Source: Nitrospirota bacterium
GTDB lineage: Bacteria > UBA2233
Assembly (NCBI GenBank): GCA_011620345.1
Contig: WOZJ01000057.1
Coordinates: 62,001-101,245, forward strand
Direction of reading: 5' to 3'
Length of the DNA stretch: 39,245 nucleotides
This document shows positions 25,848 to 34,259 of the stretch, one piece after another. Both the position numbers and the translations under genes were made by a program. The notes under the pieces are model-generated. The model was not told the DNA's origin. It did not search any database and worked only from the letters and a program-made list of their open reading frames with translations. The stretch's first letter is position 1, and every line of letters starts with the position of its first letter.

Positions 25848-26404
25848 GTCTTTGGCCTTAAGAATGTCAATCCTAGCGAAATATCGAGGGTTTCGGCATT
25901 TTCCCTGTTTCTTCTTGCGGAAAAGCTCTGGACGTTGATGCGCGGCCAGGCGCCGTCGAGTTCTCTTAGGAGCGTGATAAGTTTTTCTGGCGGAACTTGG
26001 CTCAATCGCACTTCAAGCGGTTCCGAGGAGATGTCACGAAAGGGTTTTGGCTCCGCTGCAAGCATGTCGCCTAAGTTCTCCCCAAGCTCGAGCTTGGCGA
26101 TTATGGCTTGCATTTCAGCCGCAGGGGAGGGTTTTCCGGCCGCTTTTTGTGCGCTTGAGAGAATTTGGGCTATTCTTTGGCGGGACTCCTGAACCTCCTG
26201 GATATTTGCGGCCAAGTCCCGGATTTGGCGTTGTTTTAGAGGTATGGCCCCTTTCAACCTCTGAAACCGTGTAGCTGCGGGCTCGATTGCGCTTGTCCAC
26301 GCAAAGAAGAAGAGCGCCAACCCAAAAGCAAAGCCAACGAGCCATCGCTCTCTTTGCGAAAGCCTCTCAAAGCGCTCCTTAAGTACACCGACGATACGTT
26401 TCAT
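25844..26404 (-). CDS. gspM: Type II secretion system protein M
   Basis: F.RLSQRER then one TM, coiled coil, ferredoxin-like C-terminus; follows gspL. Confidence 0.8.
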   Translation of the reverse strand: MKRIVGVLKERFERLSQRERWLVGFAFGLALFFFAWTSAIEPAATRFQRLKGAIPLKQRQIRDLAANIQEVQESRQRIAQILSSAQKAAGKPSPAAEMQAIIAKLELGENLGDMLAAEPKPFRDISSEPLEVRLSQVPPEKLITLLRELDGAWPRINVQSFSARRNRENAETLDISLGLTFLRPKT

Positions 26405-27870
26405 AGCGCCGGCGAAAGCTTAAGGAAGAGCGTGAACACGACCCCGTCTTGTTGGACGCGGACATTCTCGAACCGGACGCCTACGAACGGGCCAACAGGG
26501 CGCAAGGCTGCCTTAAGCCTCTCGTAGGCCGTCGTATCCTCTGCAACGGCCAGAACCCGCAGTTCTCCTTGCCGGTAAGACGCCTCATAGAGTTTGGCGG
26601 CACCTTCGGTTAAGAAGATTTGGGCTAGAGTTTCCAGGGCAACACCAAAAGGGGCAGGCCCAACCGCCCCGAGGTATGCCTCCCTAATGTCCCTTTCTTG
26701 AGTGGCTAGCGTTCTTGCCTGGGTCAAAGGGTTGATGACGGGCTGGACTTGCGGGAACGCCTGTGTAAACAGCGCCCTTTCTTGAGATACAAGCGTCTCA
26801 AAGGTTGCCTTGGTCTTCATGTACGTCGCGGCCGTGAGGAGGCCAAAAAGAAGCAAGATAAAGGCCCCTATCGCCGCCCCCTCCTTAAGGAGCGAAACGG
26901 CCTGGGGCAACAAATGTACGCCGTTTCCGTTGCCGATAGTAAAAGGAACTGGCCTCGGAGAGGGTGTTCCATCCAAGAACGCGCGTAGCGCTCCCCTTAG
27001 ATGAAAGGCGTGTCCCCAAGAAGGGTCTTCTTCTAGCCGAACGACCTGAAAGGTTCCGCCAAAGGCCCTTTCGCAAATTTCATACCATTCGGTTTCCCTT
27101 GCTCGGACGACGAGTGGAACGCCGATACTGAGCTCGCCTTGGAGACATTTCAGGACGTAAGCCGCGCCGGTAAGAAGCGCTTCCTTGCTTCCATAAGGCT
27201 TTGCAGGGAGGAATTGTAGCGCGCTTCCTTGGCCTGGAGTGCTATAGCCTACATGAACGCCCGATGTTGATTGGTCAAAGAATAAATGGCCTTTTGGTGT
27301 TGCTTCGCCCTTTTTGCTCCGTAGGGCATGGTTGAGGTCGCGAAGACGCGCGAACCCTTCGCACTCGAGAAAGGCGTTGTCAAGCGAGGCTTCCCGTATT
27401 TCTTTTTTGACGGCTTCCAAGAAGGAACGTTTCATCGCGGCGGCAAGAATCTGAGTGCCTTTCGGAGTACGGTTGGGGACAAGCCCGATAGAAGACCCCT
27501 CAAGTCCCCATAGCAGCCTGGGTTCCAGCTCTAGCGGGGCCACCTTCATGGCATCGCTCGTTTTCGAGAAGGGGAGCACAAGCCCTCTGAATGCAAACAC
27601 CTCTGCGGGTAGGACGATGCAAACGCCTGTCCCTGAGTCCCGTACGGTGTTTGCCAAGTCTTGTGGCAGGGCATCGAGAAGGTCTGCAATGTTAGGCATC
27701 CCGTCGTCGGCTTCATGCTGCTGGCTGTAAACGGAAAAGCTTGGGGCTCCTCTTAAGCCGATCGTTGCATGCAAAAAAACGGCCGGGCTTGAGAAGGGGT
27801 CGATCGCAACATAATCCCCCGTCAAAAGCCGAGAAAGGGACGGCCATGAAAGATTACGAACTAAAGCCAT
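26401..27870 (-). CDS. gspL: Type II secretion system protein L
   Basis: Actin-like cytoplasmic part (R.L.LPF, PLELE), single TM, FTQAFP....INP..Q periplasmic motif; operon position. Confidence 0.75.
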   Translation of the reverse strand: MALVRNLSWPSLSRLLTGDYVAIDPFSSPAVFLHATIGLRGAPSFSVYSQQHEADDGMPNIADLLDALPQDLANTVRDSGTGVCIVLPAEVFAFRGLVLPFSKTSDAMKVAPLELEPRLLWGLEGSSIGLVPNRTPKGTQILAAAMKRSFLEAVKKEIREASLDNAFLECEGFARLRDLNHALRSKKGEATPKGHLFFDQSTSGVHVGYSTPGQGSALQFLPAKPYGSKEALLTGAAYVLKCLQGELSIGVPLVVRARETEWYEICERAFGGTFQVVRLEEDPSWGHAFHLRGALRAFLDGTPSPRPVPFTIGNGNGVHLLPQAVSLLKEGAAIGAFILLLFGLLTAATYMKTKATFETLVSQERALFTQAFPQVQPVINPLTQARTLATQERDIREAYLGAVGPAPFGVALETLAQIFLTEGAAKLYEASYRQGELRVLAVAEDTTAYERLKAALRPVGPFVGVRFENVRVQQDGVVFTLFLKLSPAL

Positions 27871-28934
27871 ACCCAGCGTAACACCGTAAAACCATCATCC
27901 TTTCTTTGTACAATGCATTCAATCGTTTCCTGAGAACTGCCCACATTCCCCGTGGAAAGGATCCTAAACGTACTGGATGCGGTATTCATGTAGTTTAACA
28001 CGCCTCCAGCCAGCTCGTCGCTCAACCCTGGAATCTTCTGAAGCTCTGCCTTGTCCTCGAGAGGCTCGTTTTCTCGAGACTTGATGATGTCGTCCGCTAC
28101 GAACGGGCTAATTTTGGAAGACAGGCTTTCCAGTACAATCCTGTCAGCCGTGTTTACGTTTACACTCCCTTCCGAGTAGACGGTTATATAAGGCCTGAGC
28201 TTTTCAAAGGTTTCGTGGTCGAACCCTTTGATGAGGCGTATTTCAAGGAGCGTGCTCAGAGGGCCGTTTGTTGGCGTAAAGGGTGTGGTGAGATCTTGGT
28301 AAAAGTCACTTTCCGCCCCGTTCGGTCTTGGCTCATCGTCCGAGTCAAGCCAATCCATAAGGCTCTCTAGGCGCTCTTGGCCAAGTCCAAGCTCCTCAAA
28401 GAGCCGTTCAAGCACCGCTTGGAGCTCCTCGAGCTTGGCTACTTGGCGGCTTCCACCCCCATACCCCTCGCCTGTGGCCTTGTTTTCTTGGCTTTCAACG
28501 GGCTGTTCAGGGCTTCGCGTACCTTTCTCAGGCGAGTCTTGCCCAGGAGGGGAGGGTTGTCCGCCCCCGGGCCGGTTTGTACCTTGAGCGTTTCCGAGAA
28601 AAGCGTTTGGATTGAGCTTTGCGGCCTCGTCTTCGATCGTTAGCGTGATGGTCCCGCCAAGTTGTTTGTCTTGGATACCATTTGGCACCTTGGCCCAGCG
28701 ATCGAAGAAGCTGTCGGATTTGTTTTCCCAAGCGTCCAGCTTGAGCGCAACCTTTGCGATTTCAACCCCGGATGCCGCGAGGGCGTACGCTTTTTGTGAG
28801 GTGGCATACTCCTGAAGGGCTAGTGTATGCGAGACGACGCGCGTGTTTAACCCGACCGTGATCACGCCAAGCAGTGCGATGACGGCAAGTACTAGCAAAA
28901 GTGCAAACCCGCTTGGAGCATACGGCCGCTTCAT
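27861..28934 (-). CDS. gspK: Minor pseudopilin GspK
   Basis: G|FALLLVL (no E5), IEDEAAKLN, DWLDSDD..RPNGAE..FY, VNVNTA. Confidence 0.92.
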   Translation of the reverse strand: MKRPYAPSGFALLLVLAVIALLGVITVGLNTRVVSHTLALQEYATSQKAYALAASGVEIAKVALKLDAWENKSDSFFDRWAKVPNGIQDKQLGGTITLTIEDEAAKLNPNAFLGNAQGTNRPGGGQPSPPGQDSPEKGTRSPEQPVESQENKATGEGYGGGSRQVAKLEELQAVLERLFEELGLGQERLESLMDWLDSDDEPRPNGAESDFYQDLTTPFTPTNGPLSTLLEIRLIKGFDHETFEKLRPYITVYSEGSVNVNTADRIVLESLSSKISPFVADDIIKSRENEPLEDKAELQKIPGLSDELAGGVLNYMNTASSTFRILSTGNVGSSQETIECIVQRKDDGFTVLRWVWL

Positions 28935-29671
28935 GGGCTAGGTTTTCCTTGAGGTGGCGAAGTTGAGGCCCCTTGGTTTTGCTGAGGCCGGCCGTTTTGG
29001 GCCTTGTTGTCGCCTGCTTGCCCTTGCTGCAGTCCGGCAGGAATTGGGACAACCTGACGGTAAGTGGCAATGGAGCGAGTGTTTGGGTCTTTGACGCGTA
29101 TTTCCACGGCTACGGCGATGGGAAGGTTCGCGCCTTGCGAAGGGGCATTCGTGCCTAGATTTGGAGGGTTAGGCAATGTATCTTTCCAGGTGTCTCCGTC
29201 AAAAAACCAAAAATTCAGGCTTTGGACGTTTGGGATAAGCGGGTCTAGCGTGCCTCCCTTTTCGAGGCTTCCATCGTAAGGGACCTTGAGCCATCGAAAA
29301 AGCGTCATTACCTTACTTATAGGGTCTTTCATGACGAAATAGCCCACGCAGGCATTGTCTGAAAAGGGCGAGTCGTCGGCTGGATCCTTGCCCAAGAGGG
29401 TCCGGAACAAGACGGCATCAAGGCTTGAATTTCCAAACCCAGTTTGAAAATTTTGAATAGGCTGAGCTTCACCCTTGGCATCGGCCGAAAGGTTGGTCAA
29501 ATCCTTGGTAAGAATAAAAAGCCCCCTTGTCAACGCAACGTGGAACTCTGAGCTGGCGCTCGCGTGTTCCGCTGCGTTGGAGGCCTGAAAAAGGCTAGAT
29601 TGAGCCATTGTCGCGATCATGGCAAGGATGACCGTGACAACGAGCACCTCGAGCAATGTGAATGCCTTCAT
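28931..29671 (-). CDS. gspJ: Minor pseudopilin GspJ
   Basis: A|FTLLEVLV class III signal, L.KDL, FFDGDTW, LPIAVAVEI. Confidence 0.85.
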   Translation of the reverse strand: MKAFTLLEVLVVTVILAMIATMAQSSLFQASNAAEHASASSEFHVALTRGLFILTKDLTNLSADAKGEAQPIQNFQTGFGNSSLDAVLFRTLLGKDPADDSPFSDNACVGYFVMKDPISKVMTLFRWLKVPYDGSLEKGGTLDPLIPNVQSLNFWFFDGDTWKDTLPNPPNLGTNAPSQGANLPIAVAVEIRVKDPNTRSIATYRQVVPIPAGLQQGQAGDNKAQNGRPQQNQGASTSPPQGKPSP

Positions 29672-30249
29672 GGGGATTTTTTCGGCTGCTGGGGGGGGTT
29701 GGCAGGCTCTTCTGTGCTGGAGGCATGCTCTTTGGCCTTTTCCTTGGAGCCCTCGCCCATCTTGCCGGACTGGAGCATCTTCTTGAAGGATTCCATTATT
29801 TTTGGGTCTTCTTGAAGAACGAGGCGTTCTCCCAGCGTTTGTAAGGCCCCGGCCTCGTTCCTTTTCTCCAGCCAGGTTTTCACCCCAAGCATCTGGGGGA
29901 AATCCTCGATCGTTAAAGTAACCTCCTCGGCCTTCATCCTCGGGGTCGTTTGTTCAAGCTCTTCGTCTACCCACGGAAGCGGGGGGAATTGAACCGGTCC
30001 CTGCCCGGGTGGGGCGGGTTCTTTTCCTTGAGCGTTGTCCTCCTTGGCCGCCTTCCAGTTTTCGACATCGAGCAGGCCAAACCCCCTCTGGATGACGAGC
30101 GCGTCCTGCAGGCGGGTGGTTTGTCTGGCCACGAGCGCGAGGCTTGCGTTGAGCTCGTCAATCAATGCCACGGCCGTGAATCCGAAAACGGCAAGCGCGA
30201 CGAGCACCTCTAAAAGGCTAAATCCCCGGGTAAAAGGGCTGGTCTTCAT
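29668..30249 (-). CDS. gspI: Minor pseudopilin GspI
   Basis: G|FSLLEVLVALAVF class III signal; position between H and J. Confidence 0.8.
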   Translation of the reverse strand: MKTSPFTRGFSLLEVLVALAVFGFTAVALIDELNASLALVARQTTRLQDALVIQRGFGLLDVENWKAAKEDNAQGKEPAPPGQGPVQFPPLPWVDEELEQTTPRMKAEEVTLTIEDFPQMLGVKTWLEKRNEAGALQTLGERLVLQEDPKIMESFKKMLQSGKMGEGSKEKAKEHASSTEEPANPPQQPKKSP

Positions 30250-30793
30250 ACTGCTCGAACAACTTTTCCGGGATCCGTCCGGGTTCTATGGACACAAGAC
30301 CGGTTAATGCGTTCATCCAGAGCGTCTGGATGCGTCCGGTGTTGTCCTGGGCCACCCATACAAAGCGCTCGGGTATGCTGTCCTTCGAAAACGCAAGCGT
30401 AAGCGTTCCCTTCGCGATGGGTTTTCCGCCTCTTTTACGGACCTCAATGATACGAACATCCTTGCCAAGCCTCAAGGTGGCGTAGGGCTGGATCGAGAGG
30501 CGTTCGTTGGAAGCCGTTGGCACTCCGTCTACCCAGACTTCTCCCGAGTCCAGGTCAAGATGGACGTACAAGGGGCTTGGCCGAAGAATAGCGTCTTGCG
30601 AGGCCTGTTCTAGAAGTGCCCTGAGAATTCGAATGTTGCGCTGCCCTTGAAACCCGAAAACCGAGTCCATCCTTGGCACGAGAATGCCGGCCAAAAGAGC
30701 GATTAAAAAGACGACCAGGCCAACCTCGATAAGCGTGAACCCGTTAGCGTCGTCTAGGCGTGAGGCCGATAGGCGCTTGCTCTTCTTGTCCAT
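30218..30793 (-). CDS. gspH: Minor pseudopilin GspH
   Basis: G|FTLIEV..V..LI.LL class III signal; start trimmed to ATG 30793. Confidence 0.8.
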   Translation of the reverse strand: MDKKSKRLSASRLDDANGFTLIEVGLVVFLIALLAGILVPRMDSVFGFQGQRNIRILRALLEQASQDAILRPSPLYVHLDLDSGEVWVDGVPTASNERLSIQPYATLRLGKDVRIIEVRKRGGKPIAKGTLTLAFSKDSIPERFVWVAQDNTGRIQTLWMNALTGLVSIEPGRIPEKLFEQYEDQPFYPGI

Positions 30794-31280
30794 CGCTCGT
30801 TTCAAAGCTTGCAATGTCGTCGTACCCAGGAGATCCAGGTTCGTCAAGCTGGCCGTTTGGGCCAGGCGAGACGATCTCGTAGGGCCTTTGTCTGCCATAC
30901 ATGTCAACATTTCCTGGGGAGAGGTAGGTATAGTCGTTCCCCCAGGGGTCTTTGGGGATGCGTTCCATGTAGCCTTGCGGGTGATAGTTGCGGGGGATGG
31001 GCTCGATCGATGGCGGCTCGATAAGCGCATGCAGACCCTGCTCGGTCGTGGGGTACAGTCCGTTGTCCACCTTGTACATCTGCAACGCCTGCTCGATTTG
31101 GCGGATCTGGGTCAGCGCGGTCGTTTTTCTTGCCTCCTCGACCCTTCCTAAAAGCCTTGGGGCCACGAGCGCGGCCAGCAGGCCGATAATGATAACAACG
31201 ATCATGATCTCGATGAGCGTAAAGCCCTCTTCGTACGGCCAACGGCCTCGGTACTTTTTATCCTTCCCTTTTTTTTGCAT
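30744..31280 (-). CDS. gspG: Major pseudopilin GspG
   Basis: G|FTLIEIMIVVIIIGLLAALVAP, YKVDNGLYPTTEQGLHAL, PKDPWGNDY.Y.SPG. Confidence 0.96.
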   Translation of the reverse strand: MQKKGKDKKYRGRWPYEEGFTLIEIMIVVIIIGLLAALVAPRLLGRVEEARKTTALTQIRQIEQALQMYKVDNGLYPTTEQGLHALIEPPSIEPIPRNYHPQGYMERIPKDPWGNDYTYLSPGNVDMYGRQRPYEIVSPGPNGQLDEPGSPGYDDIASFETSDGQEEQAPIGLTPRRR

Positions 31281-31288
31281 TTCCGTCC

Positions 31289-32515
31289 CTACTTGATCAA
31301 TTGGTTCATTTCAAAAATAGGCAAGAGGATGCTCATGACGACAAACCCGACTATACCCCCCATAAAAAGGATCATCACTGGCTCGATCAACCCCATGACC
31401 GTCTCGATCGATGATTCCGTTTGCGTCTCGTAGCTCTCCGCCACCTTGAGCAGCATCGATTCGAGCTCGCCCGAACGCTCGCCCACGGAGACCATATGGA
31501 CGAGCATCGGGGGGAACAGCCCGCTTTCTTTGAGCGTTTGAGCCATGGAGCCCCCCTCTCTGATCCTCTCCTGGCAGCGTTGAAGGGCTTCTTGGAAAAG
31601 CACGTTGTTGATGATGGGCCGTGTGATCTCGAGCGCCTTCAGAAGGGGGATACCGGCCGACAGCAGAACCCCTAATGTCCTCGAGAACCTAGCGACAGAG
31701 ATTTTCTTAAGCAAGCCGCCTGCAACGGGAAGTTCAAACAGGAACCGGTCGAACAAGCGTCTGCCGGGCTTTGTCTTCAGGGCGCGGTTCAAGAATACCC
31801 CACCAAGGACACTTATGCCAATAAGCAGCGGAAAGGACTCCTTGAAGAACTCTGACCCCCCAAGGAGAATGCGCGTTGGCAAAGGAAGGTTCTTGCCCAG
31901 TTGGGAGAAAATCGAGCCTACCTTGGGGACGACGTAGGCCATAAGCAGCGTCAAAATCCCCAAGCTCGTAAGCAGGATGAACACGGGGTAGGCGAGCTTG
32001 GAAACGAGTCGGCTCTTTAAAAGCTGTTGTTTTTCTAAGTGCTCGGCAAGCCGCTCAAGGACGGTATCCAGCCTTCCGGTGAATTCTCCCGAGCGAACCA
32101 TGTTGACGTAAAGTTCGGGAAACGCCTTTGGAAACCTTCCAAGCGCGTCGGCCAGTGCGCTGCCTTCGAGCACCTTGTCCTTGATTTGCGAAAGGACCCG
32201 CCTTTGCGTGGCGTTCTCGGTTTGCTCTTCTAATGCCTTGAGCGCCTCGACAAGGGGCAAGCCCGCCTTAAGCAGCGTGGCCAACTGTCTTGTTAAAACC
32301 GCGAGTTCGCCAGAAGCAAGCCTAGGCGACAGCCAGCGCTTAGCCCCGTTGGCAGGCCTCCTCGCATCTTCGGAGTGTTCCTGGACGATCTCGACCGGGA
32401 AAAGCCCAAGCTGCCTGAGCCTGTCTCTGGCGGCACGAGGGTTCTCGGCGTCGAGTACGCCTTCCTTGGGCTTCTTTAAGCCGGGAGAAAGGGCTTTGTA
32501 GCTGAATACCGGCAT
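31289..32515 (-). CDS. gspF: T2SS inner-membrane platform protein GspF
   Basis: MPVFSYKA, TRQLATLLKAGLPL, MVRSGE.TG.LD, LAYP, VGERSGEL, IEPVMI. Confidence 0.95.
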   Translation of the reverse strand: MPVFSYKALSPGLKKPKEGVLDAENPRAARDRLRQLGLFPVEIVQEHSEDARRPANGAKRWLSPRLASGELAVLTRQLATLLKAGLPLVEALKALEEQTENATQRRVLSQIKDKVLEGSALADALGRFPKAFPELYVNMVRSGEFTGRLDTVLERLAEHLEKQQLLKSRLVSKLAYPVFILLTSLGILTLLMAYVVPKVGSIFSQLGKNLPLPTRILLGGSEFFKESFPLLIGISVLGGVFLNRALKTKPGRRLFDRFLFELPVAGGLLKKISVARFSRTLGVLLSAGIPLLKALEITRPIINNVLFQEALQRCQERIREGGSMAQTLKESGLFPPMLVHMVSVGERSGELESMLLKVAESYETQTESSIETVMGLIEPVMILFMGGIVGFVVMSILLPIFEMNQLIK

Positions 32516-32518
32516 CGC

Positions 32519-34207
32519 TTAAAAGATGTCTTCGCCCGTTACGCGAAGCAGTTCTTGCGTGGTCGTAATTCCTTGGATGACTTTTTGTTTTCCGTCTTCT
32601 CTTAGCGTTACCATTCTTTTTTTGACAGCAAGCTGACGGATCGTGGCGGCGTCGCTCCTCTGGACGACGAGTTCGCGGATTTCATCATCCACGACCAAAA
32701 TTTCGAACAGCGCGATTCTGCCGTGGTAGCCCGTGCCCATGCACGCCTTGCAGCCTTCCCCGTGGAATAGCTGCCCGCTTTGTAGCTCTTCTTGTGCGAT
32801 GCCCGCCTCTTTCAGCTCGAGGGGCTTTGGCGTGTAGGGTTTCTTGCAATGAGGACACACGATACGAACGAGGCGCTGGGCAAGAATGCCCACGACCGAA
32901 GAGGAAACGAGGAAGGGCTCGACCCCCATGTCAATCAGCCGTGTCACGGCGCTTGGGGCATCGTTCGTGTGCAGTGTCGAAAGGACGAGGTGGCCCGTCA
33001 AAGAGGCCTGGATTGCGATCTCGGCCGTTTCTGTGTCCCGGATCTCGCCTACCATGATCACGTCGGGGTCTTGGCGAAGGATAGAGCGCAGTCCGCTTGC
33101 AAACGTAAGTTCAATCTTGGGATTGACATGAATCTGGCCTATGCCTGGGAGCTGGTACTCGACGGGATCTTCAACTGTAATGATATTTTTTTCTGCGGTA
33201 TTAATATGGCTGAGCGCGGCATACAGCGTGGTCGTCTTTCCCGAGCCTGTCGGGCCTGTAACGAGGATGATGCCATGGCTTCTTGTGATGAGCCGCTTGA
33301 TGGTGCTCAGCCTTTCCTGGCTCAAGCCTAGTTCACCTAGTTTGAGTAGGATGACCGTCTTGTCCAATAGGCGCATGACGATCCTCTCGCCGTATGTCGT
33401 GGGGATCGTGGAGAGCCGAATGTCGATATCCCTTCCTGCGATCTTGATCCGAATCCGGCCGTCTTGAGGAAGTCGCTTCTCTGCGATGTTCAGCGATGCC
33501 AGAACCTTTATGCGCGATGCGATCGAAGCTTGCATCCGCTTTGGGGGCCTTAGGATCTCGTAGAGCACGCCGTCGATCCTGAACCGGACGCTCAAGTCCT
33601 TCTCAAACGGCTCGATATGGATGTCGGAGGCCCTTCCCTTTACGGCCTGGACGAGCAGCATGTTCACCAGGCGGATGGCGGGAGCGTCTGAATCGGAATC
33701 AAGGATATCCTGGGGCTCCTCAAGGTCGTGTGCAAACATCTCGAACCCGCCCGCATCCAAATCGCCCATCATTTCCTCGGGGGAATCTCCGCCTTGGTTG
33801 TAGGCCAGGTTAATCAGCGTGAGAACGGCCTCTTTGGGCATGAGCACTTTTCTTGGCGGAATCCCAAGGTGCCCCACGAGGTCGAGGAACGCTTCGTAGG
33901 CGGTAGGGTCAGCCATGCCTACGAAAACATCCCCATGCTCGTCTTTTAGGGGAATGACCATGTGGCGCTTGGCGAACTGGATAGGAATTCCCTCGGTAAG
34001 CTTAGGGTCAATATGCCTCTGGGAGAACTCCCGCACAAAAGGGATGCAGAACTGCACCGAAAGCGCTTCGTAGATGGTCTCTTCAGGGACTAGGCGTTGG
34101 GAGGCGAGCGTCTCTCCTAGCCTTGACCCCTTTGCTTCCTTGATCTTGAGCGCCTCTTCGACGGCTTCCTTTGGGACCTGAAAAGCCTCCGTCAAGATTT
34201 CACCCAA
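32519..34207 (-). CDS. gspE: T2SS ATPase GspE (start possibly an ATT at 34264)
   Basis: ASDIHIEP, EKRLPQDGR, GPTGSGKTTT, LRQDPDVIMVGEIRD, CPHC..CKAC metal site, N-terminal MshEN-like repeat. Confidence 0.96.
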   Translation of the reverse strand: MGEILTEAFQVPKEAVEEALKIKEAKGSRLGETLASQRLVPEETIYEALSVQFCIPFVREFSQRHIDPKLTEGIPIQFAKRHMVIPLKDEHGDVFVGMADPTAYEAFLDLVGHLGIPPRKVLMPKEAVLTLINLAYNQGGDSPEEMMGDLDAGGFEMFAHDLEEPQDILDSDSDAPAIRLVNMLLVQAVKGRASDIHIEPFEKDLSVRFRIDGVLYEILRPPKRMQASIASRIKVLASLNIAEKRLPQDGRIRIKIAGRDIDIRLSTIPTTYGERIVMRLLDKTVILLKLGELGLSQERLSTIKRLITRSHGIILVTGPTGSGKTTTLYAALSHINTAEKNIITVEDPVEYQLPGIGQIHVNPKIELTFASGLRSILRQDPDVIMVGEIRDTETAEIAIQASLTGHLVLSTLHTNDAPSAVTRLIDMGVEPFLVSSSVVGILAQRLVRIVCPHCKKPYTPKPLELKEAGIAQEELQSGQLFHGEGCKACMGTGYHGRIALFEILVVDDEIRELVVQRSDAATIRQLAVKKRMVTLREDGKQKVIQGITTTQELLRVTGEDIF

Positions 34208-34259
34208 AGGCAGAAAGTTCGGAAACGCCCTTACATCCTGTTTCTTGGCTTCCTGGGTT

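Noticed and set aside
29660-29671. Ala rather than Gly at the GspJ prepilin cleavage site
   Set aside because: Ala at -1 is a known tolerated variant
30794-31030. Long N-terminal extension of GspH
   Set aside because: Overlaps the gspG coding region in another frame; the class III signal fits a start at 30793
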